A stretch of DNA of 59,765 nt from Thermodesulfovibrio sp. (GCA_026982355.1 JALSHG010000067.1:1-59765), one strand, 5' to 3'. Counted from the first letter of the stretch, positions 46,708 through 55,822 are shown. Made by a program: numbers and translations. The notes: generated by a model from the letters alone, not told the origin.

Positions 46708-47775
46708 ATGAAGAAACAATGTCTTATCTGGTTTATATCGTTTTTCATCCTCTTGTCCTGTTCCGGCCATAAGGGAATCAAGCAGGATGCCGCGCCGGTG
46801 GAAGTCCAGCCGGAAAATGAAACGCCGTCAACGGCCGGTAAAAAAATCCTCGTGTTCCCCTTCGCCAATCTTACGGACAGCGCTGCCGCACTGAAAGATT
46901 CCATGCCCGTGCTGCTGGGCCGTCTCGAGAAAAAGGGATACAAAGTGCTGGGGGAGGATGCACTTTATGACTTCCTCTGCGGGAAGAGGATCAGGTATAC
47001 CGGCTATGTGCCGGCCGGCCTTGCCCGCGAGATAAAACACGGATTCGGCGCTTCATTCATCCTGACGGGGGCGGTTGTCTCGTTTTCCGCCGGCGAAAAC
47101 CCGCAGGTCGGCCTTGTCTCAAGGCTGATAGACCCATCCGACGGGGCCGTTATCTGGGCCGACTATGCCTCGGTCACAGGGGATGACTTTGCCGGGATAC
47201 TGGAAACAGGCAGGATAAGGACCGTGCAGGAGCTCATTCCCGAGGCCGTGGACAGGCTGCTTGCCTCTTTCAGCACATTGCGCTCGAGTAAAGACGCTGC
47301 CTTCAGGGTGGCGGTGCTGCCGTTTCTGAACCGCAGCAAGTTCAGAAACGCAGGAATCATCAGCATGTACCTGTTGATGGTGGACATGCTGAAGAACAGC
47401 AGTTTTGTGCCGGTGGAATACGGTGATGTCAGGGAGGTGATAGTGGCCCGGAGCATCACGAGCAGGGGAGAGCTGGGCTTTGAAGATATAAGGGCACTGT
47501 CCGGGGCCCTGAATGTGGAAGGTGTCCTGGTGGGCGCCGTGGAGCGTTACTCTGCATCCGTCCCCCCGGCCGTGGCCGTTACAGTCAGGCTGCTGGATGC
47601 CCGTGACAACAGGATATTGTGGTATAATAGTCACCAGTTGACCGGGGAGGATGACATAGTCGTGTTTGACTGGGGGAGGATCGGAACCGTTGATAAAGTG
47701 GCCTACAGGGCGGTGTCGGAACTGGTTGAGAGAATGCAGGAAGAAGTCAAACGGAACAATGGCGCTGAACAATGA
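46708..47775 (+). CDS. Lipoprotein with two tandem copies of the same domain (paralogue 3)
   Basis: Start at the ATG at 46708 gives 'MKKQCLIWFISFFILLSCSG' (lipobox). Domain A has 'ILVFPFANLT...GAVIWADY' and domain B has 'VAVLPFLNRS...NRILWYNS'. Confidence 0.6.
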   Translation: MKKQCLIWFISFFILLSCSGHKGIKQDAAPVEVQPENETPSTAGKKILVFPFANLTDSAAALKDSMPVLLGRLEKKGYKVLGEDALYDFLCGKRIRYTGYVPAGLAREIKHGFGASFILTGAVVSFSAGENPQVGLVSRLIDPSDGAVIWADYASVTGDDFAGILETGRIRTVQELIPEAVDRLLASFSTLRSSKDAAFRVAVLPFLNRSKFRNAGIISMYLLMVDMLKNSSFVPVEYGDVREVIVARSITSRGELGFEDIRALSGALNVEGVLVGAVERYSASVPPAVAVTVRLLDARDNRILWYNSHQLTGEDDIVVFDWGRIGTVDKVAYRAVSELVERMQEEVKRNNGAEQ

Positions 47776-47778
47776 TTG

Positions 47779-49437
47779 ATGACCATATTGAAAACACATA
47801 GCCCGCTGAAGCCGGCGAAGACGGACAGCGTGTTACGCCGCATACTGTGCACCGTTATATGCGCCCTGATCTTATCGGGCTGCGCATCCATATCGCAGAA
47901 AAGAGATATTCTCGCCGTGGTGGACGGGGAGCCGATAACCGAATCCGATCTGGAATATTCATTAGATGTGGCCCATCGCAGGGAGAATCTTTCATCCGCC
48001 GGAGACCTGAATATATCACAATATCTCCAGAAGCTGATAGATGAAAGGCTGATTATCCAGGAAGCAAGGCGCATGGGCATGGATGCGTATCCGGAGGTAC
48101 GGAAGAAAGTAGACGCGTATATCCTGCGGGAATCGGTGATGAGGCTGTACGAGGATGAGATCGCCTCGAAAGTCACGGTCAGTGAAGAAGATATAGAAAG
48201 CTTCTACAAAGAGAATTATGAACGTCTCTCCCTCGGTATAATCGAGGTCGACAGCGAAGAAGATGCGGGTAACATACTTGAACAACTGAAGAACGGCGAG
48301 GATTTCATGGAACTTGCCCGGAAATACTCCGCTTACTCCCACAAAAACAACAACGGCACGGTTACACTCAGGCGGAACGCCCTGAGCCCCGCCCTGGCGG
48401 CGGCTGTCTCGGGCCTGAAACCCGGAGAGACCACCGGTGTCACGAGGTCCGGCCGGAAATACTACATACTGAAACTCATGGACAGGCAGGAGGCTCCGGA
48501 TGACGAACTCCCCCGGCTCAGGAAGAACATAGAACGGGCCATACGGCGGCAGAGGGAAGCGGCCCGCGGCGATGCGTACCTGAAACATCTCCGTGACAAG
48601 GCGAACCTGAAGATCAACCGTGAAATCCTTGCATCCATTGATCCCTCCGTCAAAGGTGCAGAGCGTGAAAAGCTGCTGAAGGACAAAAGGCCGCTGGCCG
48701 AGCTGGATGGCTTTGTACTGACGGCGGGGGAGTTCCTGGCCATGATACCGCAGAAGTACACGCAGCCGGTGGAGAAAATTCTTGACAACTGGATCAACAA
48801 TAAACTGGTGGATATGGAAGCACTGAGCCGTCATTATGAAAAGATGCCCCCGCTGAAGGGAATGGTGGTGCGTTACAGGAACCAGGTGCTCATGAACACA
48901 TTTATCAGGGAAGTCCTCTCGCCCAACATAAAAATCTCCGACAAGGATCTGAAGGATTATTATCTGAGTCACAGGGAGGATTTTCTCAGGCCCGTCCGTT
49001 ACAACATACAGCAGATAACCCTGAAAACCAGGGAAGAGGCGGAAGATACATTAAGGAGCCTGCAAGACGGTGCGGACTTTTCCTGGCTGGCGAAAAACAG
49101 GTCAATAGATGAAGCAGCCTCCGGGGGCGGCAATATCGGCTGGGTGGCTGCACACCAGTTGCCCGGGCCTGCAAGGGAGATAGTGGAAAAGCTCAAACCG
49201 GGGGACATAAGCCCTGTCCTGGAGATCAAACCTTTTTACAGGATTATCAGGCTCCAGAAGAAAACCGGCAAAGAAGCCTACGAATTTGACAGGGTGAAGG
49301 AGGCTGTCCGCAGGAAGGTCTTTGCGGAAAAATACAGGGAACTTTATGCCGGATATGTTGACAAACTGAAAGAAGGCGCCCGGATAAAAATCTACAATGA
49401 TGCAGTCGAATCATTTGAGAAAATTTTCAGGAAGTGA
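47779..49437 (+). CDS. SurA-like lipoprotein peptidyl-prolyl isomerase (SurA_N plus two parvulin/PpiC domains)
   Basis: Lipobox 'ALILSGC'. Two parvulin-like segments ('EEDAGNILEQLKNGEDFMELARKYS...GRKYYILKL' and 'REEAEDTLRSLQDGADFSWLAKNRS...FYRIIRL'). Starts 4 nt after the previous stop. Confidence 0.8.
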   Translation: MTILKTHSPLKPAKTDSVLRRILCTVICALILSGCASISQKRDILAVVDGEPITESDLEYSLDVAHRRENLSSAGDLNISQYLQKLIDERLIIQEARRMGMDAYPEVRKKVDAYILRESVMRLYEDEIASKVTVSEEDIESFYKENYERLSLGIIEVDSEEDAGNILEQLKNGEDFMELARKYSAYSHKNNNGTVTLRRNALSPALAAAVSGLKPGETTGVTRSGRKYYILKLMDRQEAPDDELPRLRKNIERAIRRQREAARGDAYLKHLRDKANLKINREILASIDPSVKGAEREKLLKDKRPLAELDGFVLTAGEFLAMIPQKYTQPVEKILDNWINNKLVDMEALSRHYEKMPPLKGMVVRYRNQVLMNTFIREVLSPNIKISDKDLKDYYLSHREDFLRPVRYNIQQITLKTREEAEDTLRSLQDGADFSWLAKNRSIDEAASGGGNIGWVAAHQLPGPAREIVEKLKPGDISPVLEIKPFYRIIRLQKKTGKEAYEFDRVKEAVRRKVFAEKYRELYAGYVDKLKEGARIKIYNDAVESFEKIFRK

Positions 49438-49452
49438 CCGGCGGATAAAAAC

Positions 49453-51414
49453 ATGATCAGTTACAGGAAACATTTTCTGCGACTCTTTGTCTTGTTCTTT
49501 GTTTTCGCTGTTGTTGCTGCGTGTGTCCCGGAGAAAAAGGTAAGGAAGGCGAGAGGCTTTGCGCCCAAACCGTGCCTGGAATGTCACAAGGAGAATCTGA
49601 AGGACCTCACGAAGAAGTTCGTCCATGCGCCGATGGGCAAGCGGGACTGCGAGGCATGCCACCTCCGGCACGGGAGGCTTGCCGTCAAATCCTTTGTGAA
49701 AAGGAATGAGAAAGACCTCTGTTTCACCTGCCATCCGGATATGGCAAAGGATGTTGAAAACATGGCGAACATCCATACGGTTCTGAAGCAGGGCAGGTGC
49801 GTTGCGTGCCATAACCCCCATGCATCGGACAACAGGTTCCTGCAGGAAAAGGTGGGCGGCGAACAGTGCCTTGCGTGTCACGACCGGGGCGCCTTTGAGC
49901 GGGAAAAACGCCACAAGGCCCTTGACAAGGGTTGCCTTGTATGCCACGCGCCGCACGGCTCCCAGTACAAGTACAATCTCGTAAATGATGAAGCCGCGCT
50001 CTGCGCCTCATGCCATGATTACGCCGATGGCGCTTTCACCGCCGCTCACAGGGATTATCCGGTTGAAGAGGCCGGGTGCTCGGGCTGCCACGCGCCGCAC
50101 AGCTCCACAAACGACAAACTGCTCAGGGAATCCGTCCATGAGCCCGTGGGGCTCGCCAAGTGCAGTTCCTGCCACAAACCGGCTGCAGGCGCTGATCCGC
50201 TGGGCACAACGGCGCAGGGTGACGCGTTGTGTTACAAGTGCCATAAGAAAGAGCAGGAGGAATATATGACAGCCTACAGGCATCCACTGACCGATGAGGG
50301 CAAATGCCTGACCTGCCACAGCCCCCATGCCTCGGATTACCCGAAGGTTACACTCAGGGGCAAAGTGGAAATCTGTACAAACTGCCACTCTGAGAAGCCG
50401 AAGACGGACGTAACCCGCCTGCACGAGCCGATTAAAACACAGGGATGCACGGCCTGCCATAATCCGCACGCTTCGGAGAATCCGTTTTATCTGAAGGAAT
50501 CCGGGAAGAAAATATGTATTACATGCCATTCCGACACGGCGAAAGAGATGAAAGATGCATATACACATAAACCGTTTTCAAGTCTCCAATGCACGAAATG
50601 CCATGATTCGCACGGGACGGACAACCCTGAGATGCTTAAAACCCCTTTGAGGGAGATGTGTTATACCTGTCATGAAGACGCGGAGGCGGAATTTTTCAGG
50701 ACTTATATCCACACGCCCGTGGAAAAGAGGCAATGCGCATCCTGTCATACGTCCCATGCCTCGCCCTTCAGAGACCTTCTGAGAAATCCGCCGGAGCGGC
50801 TTTGCGTGACCTGCCATGACAGCATGTTTCTTGAAGTAGGGGAAGACGGCGTCCATCCCCTGTTCCGGCAGAAAAAATGTGAAACCTGTCATGACCCGCA
50901 TGCAAGCAATTACCCCGGCTCCACGGTCAAGCCCCTGAAAGAGCTGTGCTACGACTGCCACAAGACGCTGGAGGCCGAGGTGAAGCTCAGCGACAATGTA
51001 CACCTTCCGGTTGAAGAAGGGAAATGCACTGAATGCCACAACCCGCATGGAACAAAGCTCAGATACCAGTTGCTGAACCGCCCGAACGAACTCTGCCTCT
51101 CCTGTCACCGGAGGATTGTCACCACCACGGCGAGAAAAGGTCACCTGTCAATGAAAGAGGGCGACTGCCTGAGCTGCCATACATCGCACTCCTCCGGCCG
51201 GAGCAAACTGCTCAACAGGAGGGACCCGGAGATATGTGTCCGGTGCCATTTAATCGATACGGAAAGGCTTTTAAGCGGCCACAGACAGCCGGTGGCTGAA
51301 ATCCGCCGCTGCCTGAGCTGCCACGAGCCGCATGTAACGGAAAAACCCGGTATGCTCAAGAGCATAACTCATGAACCGTTCAGACAGGGGGATTGCGAGG
51401 CGTGCCATGATTAA
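49453..51414 (+). CDS. Multihaem c-type cytochrome, 26 CxxCH motifs (paired-CXXCH / c3-c7 polymer type)
   Basis: I counted 26 CxxCH motifs in 653 aa, arranged as about 13 repeats of the form 'C..CH.....H.P....G.C..CH.PH.S'. The N-terminal signal or anchor has a lipobox-like 'AVVAAC'. Confidence 0.9.
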   Translation: MISYRKHFLRLFVLFFVFAVVAACVPEKKVRKARGFAPKPCLECHKENLKDLTKKFVHAPMGKRDCEACHLRHGRLAVKSFVKRNEKDLCFTCHPDMAKDVENMANIHTVLKQGRCVACHNPHASDNRFLQEKVGGEQCLACHDRGAFEREKRHKALDKGCLVCHAPHGSQYKYNLVNDEAALCASCHDYADGAFTAAHRDYPVEEAGCSGCHAPHSSTNDKLLRESVHEPVGLAKCSSCHKPAAGADPLGTTAQGDALCYKCHKKEQEEYMTAYRHPLTDEGKCLTCHSPHASDYPKVTLRGKVEICTNCHSEKPKTDVTRLHEPIKTQGCTACHNPHASENPFYLKESGKKICITCHSDTAKEMKDAYTHKPFSSLQCTKCHDSHGTDNPEMLKTPLREMCYTCHEDAEAEFFRTYIHTPVEKRQCASCHTSHASPFRDLLRNPPERLCVTCHDSMFLEVGEDGVHPLFRQKKCETCHDPHASNYPGSTVKPLKELCYDCHKTLEAEVKLSDNVHLPVEEGKCTECHNPHGTKLRYQLLNRPNELCLSCHRRIVTTTARKGHLSMKEGDCLSCHTSHSSGRSKLLNRRDPEICVRCHLIDTERLLSGHRQPVAEIRRCLSCHEPHVTEKPGMLKSITHEPFRQGDCEACHD

Positions 51415-52714
51415 GTCAAAAGAGCGCAAGAGGGAAAACACTCACGGGAAGGCGGCGCTGTGGCGCATGCTCATCCTCCTTTCAGTGCTTGCGATCTCCT
51501 TCATCACCGGCGGCGGCAACGCTTTCGCAGGGGTCAAGCTCAAAGGCAAGGTGCCCGACCTCTGCTACAAGTGCCACAAGGAACTGAAAAAGGAACTCTC
51601 TGATAAATACGTTCACGCGCTTTTTAAAAAGGGCGAGTGCCTGAAATGCCACAATTCCCACGTGAGCAATGTCAAGGGCCTGATGAACGACGGGGTTGAC
51701 TCCATATGCATGAACTGCCACAGGGATATCAGGGACCTTCTCCGGAAGGGCGCGATGCACAGCGCGCTCAGGGAAAGCATATGTACCGACTGCCATTACG
51801 CTCACAGCGGGGAAAACAAGAGTCTCCTGGTCACGAAAGAAAAAAACCTCTGTCTGAACTGTCACGAGGATATCAGGGACCAGATGAAGAAATCCTATGC
51901 ATGCCGGCCGTTTAAGGAAGGCAAGTGCTCGGCGTGCCATGACTCCCACGGCTCTGTTGAAGACAACCTCTTGCGTTCATCCCCCAACAGCCTGTGCCGG
52001 ACATGCCACACCGCGCCGGCGTGCAGTGCGGGCGGGGTGTCCATTGCCTCTGAGATAAAAGACATGGATTGCACGACGTGCCATTCAGGCCACAGTTCAA
52101 AAGACAGGGGGATTCTCGGCCCGTACGGTCATACCGCCTTCCTGATCAAAAAATGCACGGAATGCCACAATCCGATCAAACCCGGCAGAAAGATCACCAC
52201 CAGGGCGGAGGGGGATGCCTTGTGTTACAAGTGTCATAAAAAGGATGACCCGAAGACCCTGTACATGGAAAACGACGTGCATGTGAAGAACGTAAAAAAC
52301 TCGTGCAACACCTGTCACGATTATCACGCCTCGGGCAAGAGGAATCTCACGAAAAACGAACAGAGGATATGCATCAGTTGCCATGAGAAAACCGAAAAAC
52401 GGACGGCCTCCATGGAAAAAGCCCTGAAAACCGTAAAGTGCGCCCCGGTCAAAAACAGGAGATGTTTTGAATGCCACATACCGGTGCACTCGGAGCGGAA
52501 GCTTTATTATATTTCGGATGAGATCACCATGTGCGCAAAGTGCCATGAGGCCCAGCACAAGATAACGCACCCGATAGGCGAGGATGTAAAGGACCCCCGC
52601 AACGGACAGCCGTTGACATGTCTTTCGTGCCACAGCATGCATTCAGCAAGGGAAAAATACATGCTCACTTTCGACAGGGCGCGGGCGCTGTGCATCCAGT
52701 GCCACAAGTTATGA
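51407..52714 (+). CDS. Multihaem c-type cytochrome, 16 CxxCH motifs
   Basis: 16 CxxCH motifs. Signal peptide 'LWRMLILLSVLAISFITGGGNAFA'. The ATG at 51407 overlaps the stop of the 26-haem gene (ATGATTAA) and GAGG lies 6 nt upstream. Confidence 0.9.
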   Translation: MIKSKERKRENTHGKAALWRMLILLSVLAISFITGGGNAFAGVKLKGKVPDLCYKCHKELKKELSDKYVHALFKKGECLKCHNSHVSNVKGLMNDGVDSICMNCHRDIRDLLRKGAMHSALRESICTDCHYAHSGENKSLLVTKEKNLCLNCHEDIRDQMKKSYACRPFKEGKCSACHDSHGSVEDNLLRSSPNSLCRTCHTAPACSAGGVSIASEIKDMDCTTCHSGHSSKDRGILGPYGHTAFLIKKCTECHNPIKPGRKITTRAEGDALCYKCHKKDDPKTLYMENDVHVKNVKNSCNTCHDYHASGKRNLTKNEQRICISCHEKTEKRTASMEKALKTVKCAPVKNRRCFECHIPVHSERKLYYISDEITMCAKCHEAQHKITHPIGEDVKDPRNGQPLTCLSCHSMHSAREKYMLTFDRARALCIQCHKL

Positions 52715-52859
52715 ATGCTATCGCTGAATCTCAAAGGTTGCTAAAGGCAGCGGCAGAGACTGCCGAAGAACCTTATAGAAGCTTTTCCGGCGGGCCCAGC
52801 CGCCGCCGCAATTGCAGGTTTGAGATGTAATATCAATAGAAACTATTCGAGGAAACAAG

Positions 52860-53885
52860 GTGAAACCGAAAAAATACCTTTCAGGCTTTTTTATTCTGTT
52901 ACTTCTGCTTACAGCAGCCGGCGCATCAACGGCGGCCGTTAAAAGCGGTTATCACTGCAGTGACTGCCACACCATGCACAACAGCCAGGACGGACGGCCT
53001 GTGGCCACAGAGCTGAACACATCCACGTACACGTTTGAGACCGATGCAACACCGAATCAGTTTTTACTCGTAAGCGACTGCACGGGCTGCCATACATCAT
53101 CCAGCGGCAGCAGTACCATAGTCAAGGACACGCCCATTGTATTCAATACGATTACACCGGTTGATCCACTGGCCGGCGGGAATTACTATTACGTGAGATC
53201 GGATGACTCCAGGGGGCACAATCCCGCAGGCATAACATCCCGGGATTCCGTCCTGGGGCTCACACCTCCGGGAGGTAATACCATGGCAGCGCAGTTGAGA
53301 TGCGCGGGACAATACGGCTGTCACGGCGACAGGAGCACAGGCAGTGATTACACTGCGTTAAAGGGCGCCCATCATGCGGATGACTCCGGGGGCGTGGACG
53401 GAAGCTCCGTGGGGCTGAGCTACCGTTTTCTGAACGGCGTGGTGGGAAAGGAAGACCCTGACTGGGAGCAGGACAATATAAACACGAGCCATAACGAGTA
53501 CAAGGGCTCCACAGGCCCGTCCGCCGACACCATCAGCTATCTCTGCTCGAGGTGCCACGGCGACTTTCACACATGGACCGGAGGCGTTTCCGCCGTCGGG
53601 ACCGCATCGCCGTGGCTGAGGCATCCGACTGACATTACGCTGAAGGCCTCGGGAGAATATGCAAACTATACGACATACAGCATGACAGCGCCCGTGGCCA
53701 GACCGGACCCGGGCAATGTGCCGGACACCACGAGGGTGAGGCCTGGCACTGATATAGTCATGTGCCTGTCCTGCCATCGCGCGCATGCTTCACCATATTA
53801 CAAAATCCTGAGGTGGGATTATAAGAGCCCTACACTTTCAACGGCTTTATCGGGGTGCAATGTATGCCATACATCGAAGAATTAA
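52860..53885 (+). CDS. Secreted hexahaem c-type cytochrome, OmcS-family-like (5 CxxCH plus 1 CX5CH)
   Basis: GTG start with GAGG 8 nt upstream, and a signal peptide. Motifs are 'CSDCHTMHNS', 'CTGCH', 'CAGQYGCH', 'CSRCH', 'CLSCHRAHAS' and 'CNVCHTSKN*'. Gly/Ser/Thr-rich. These motifs match my recollection of Geobacter OmcS. Confidence 0.8.
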   Translation: MKPKKYLSGFFILLLLLTAAGASTAAVKSGYHCSDCHTMHNSQDGRPVATELNTSTYTFETDATPNQFLLVSDCTGCHTSSSGSSTIVKDTPIVFNTITPVDPLAGGNYYYVRSDDSRGHNPAGITSRDSVLGLTPPGGNTMAAQLRCAGQYGCHGDRSTGSDYTALKGAHHADDSGGVDGSSVGLSYRFLNGVVGKEDPDWEQDNINTSHNEYKGSTGPSADTISYLCSRCHGDFHTWTGGVSAVGTASPWLRHPTDITLKASGEYANYTTYSMTAPVARPDPGNVPDTTRVRPGTDIVMCLSCHRAHASPYYKILRWDYKSPTLSTALSGCNVCHTSKN

Positions 53886-53948
53886 ACAGGGACAACGGGT
53901 CATCGCCTGCCGACGGATGACCGACTATCACTGATTTGGAGAGGGAAA

Positions 53949-55646
53949 TTGAGAGACGGACGCATTAAACCACTGAAAACCATCTTGATAACCATGGCCG
54001 TGTGCTTACTGGTGGTTGCCGGCAATGCAGACGCAGGGACATATACCTCCACGAAGCACGGGACGGACGCCGACCGCTCGGTTGTGGTCCCGGGCTTCCC
54101 CTATACCACAAAGGGTCTCTGCGCCCAGTGCCACGAGCAGCACGCCGGTATTGACGGGAATGAGCCCACTCCGCCCGCTTCTGAAGGTCCGACATCCTAT
54201 GCACTGTTCAGGTCCAATTTCGGGCTTGACAAAAACGAGCTCTGCTATGCCTGCCACGAGACCTTCACCATAGGCTCAATGCCCCTGGGATACGGAAGAT
54301 ACGGTATTTACCAGGGAAAGACAAAGTACAACAACTCCATCCACTATTCAAGCGGCAACATGCTGTGGAGTCCCGATCCGGTGCCCCCGGGGCCGCCCCT
54401 TGATGATGCCGGGAATTGCCATAACTGCCACAATCCGCACGGTTATGATGACGGCGGGGGACTGATCCCGAACATGCTGTTTGCGCGCGATTCAAAGACA
54501 GGGGACAGCCCTGCCTATGAGATGGGCTGCGAGGCCTGTCATGACGGCACACAGGGCGGAGCATTCAAGAACGTAAAGGCGCAGTTGAACAAGACCTACA
54601 GCCATCCCACGCACAGATTCAATAACCGGCATGTGCTGCCCGAGACCGGCAGGTCCGAGGGCGGCAGCAGTTTCGGCCCGGCCAACAGGCATGCCGAATG
54701 CGTCGACTGCCACAATCCCCATGCCCTCGGCTCCACAGGCTCGACCCATACCCCTCCGGGGAATGCGGTCTCGGGAGCTCTGAAGAACGTGTGGGGTGTG
54801 GCACCGTCATGGCCGTCCATCTGGACACAGCCGAAGATATTCACCGTAAGGAGGCCCCCGGCCTATCCTGACGGGAGCAGCAAGGAATACCAGATATGCT
54901 TCAAATGCCATTCATACTACGGCCTCGGCAGCCTGACAAACGCTGTCTCATCAATCATCGGGCCGTCCGGCGTAAATATCACCGATCAGGCCTGGGAGTT
55001 CAACAGGAACAATAAATCGGCCCATTCCGTGGTGGTGACATTAAACAACCAGACAGGTTCATACTCTCCGAAGGCCCTTGCGTCGTCACAGATGTCCCCG
55101 CCGTGGACAAATGTGGGGAATCAGACCATGTACTGTTCGGATTGCCACGGAGCGGACAACGAGGGCTCCGGCGCAAAAGGGCCCCACGGCTCCAATGTAA
55201 AGTTCATGTTAAAGGGAGCCTACAAATACTGGCCTGCAAGAAATGACGGGCAGCTCTGGAGATTAAGCGACAAGAACAACTTCACCTCATACGGCGGCCT
55301 GTTCTGCAAGAACTGCCATCCTGTTTATGACGGCACGTGGAAAAACAATGTTCATTCACAAACCGGCGGGGGCGGCCGCGGCGGCAGCGGAGGCCATCAG
55401 GACCAGCCCTGCGTTGCGTGCCATGTAGCCGTGCCGCACGGTTCAAAGAGGTCGCGGCTTATCGGGTACAGTTCCGACCCGGCGCCTTACAACTACAACG
55501 GCAACACTCTCAAGGTGACCGGCTTCAGAAAGGCCGGCGGCCCCTTCAGTTATTCCGGGATGCCGAAAAACAGCACCGGCAACAACTGCGCCACTGCAGG
55601 CGTGTCAGGATGTCATGGGAGCTCCATATCGGGCGCCGATCCATGA
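53949..55646 (+). CDS. Secreted multihaem c-type cytochrome (9 CxxCH plus a C-terminal CX7CH-like motif)
   Basis: TTG start with GGAGAGGG upstream. Signal peptide '...LLVVAGNADA/G'. CAQCH, CYACH, CHNCH, CEACH, CVDCH, CFKCH, CSDCH, CKNCH and CVACH, plus 'CATAGVSGCH' nine residues from the C-terminus. Confidence 0.8.
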   Translation: MRDGRIKPLKTILITMAVCLLVVAGNADAGTYTSTKHGTDADRSVVVPGFPYTTKGLCAQCHEQHAGIDGNEPTPPASEGPTSYALFRSNFGLDKNELCYACHETFTIGSMPLGYGRYGIYQGKTKYNNSIHYSSGNMLWSPDPVPPGPPLDDAGNCHNCHNPHGYDDGGGLIPNMLFARDSKTGDSPAYEMGCEACHDGTQGGAFKNVKAQLNKTYSHPTHRFNNRHVLPETGRSEGGSSFGPANRHAECVDCHNPHALGSTGSTHTPPGNAVSGALKNVWGVAPSWPSIWTQPKIFTVRRPPAYPDGSSKEYQICFKCHSYYGLGSLTNAVSSIIGPSGVNITDQAWEFNRNNKSAHSVVVTLNNQTGSYSPKALASSQMSPPWTNVGNQTMYCSDCHGADNEGSGAKGPHGSNVKFMLKGAYKYWPARNDGQLWRLSDKNNFTSYGGLFCKNCHPVYDGTWKNNVHSQTGGGGRGGSGGHQDQPCVACHVAVPHGSKRSRLIGYSSDPAPYNYNGNTLKVTGFRKAGGPFSYSGMPKNSTGNNCATAGVSGCHGSSISGADP

Positions 55647-55690
55647 AAATTGAAAAAGCACACCAAGCAAAGCAAACCTTACAGCGGAGG

Positions 55691-55811
55691 CTCTTGCAAA
55701 AGTCCTCTGTCCGTCATCTCGAATGAAGAGAGAGGCCTTATACATCATTGATACCGGAAGATTTCTCCCTCCGGTAGAAATGACATGCGCAGGCATTTTT
55801 ACACTGTTGAA
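55691..55811 (-). repeat. 121-bp inverted-repeat element, left copy (IR-L)
   Basis: The reverse complement aligns without gaps to 57115-57235. I counted 95/121 identical positions by hand, and the outer 20 nt 'ACAGAGGACTTTTGCAAGAG' are identical. Confidence 0.8.
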
Positions 55812-55822
55812 AGAAAGGGGCT

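Noticed and set aside
48016-48972. 318-aa ORF on the minus strand
   Set aside because: It is antisense to the SurA-like PPIase gene, which has two recognisable parvulin segments and a lipobox.
52715-52859. Dedicated promoter for the OmcS-like gene in the 146-bp gap
   Set aside because: I could only find poor -35/-10 candidates with wrong spacing (TTGCAG...TAATAT at 10 nt). Small hairpins are present (GGCAG...CTGCC and CGGCGG...CCGCCG), but nothing I can support as a promoter or terminator.
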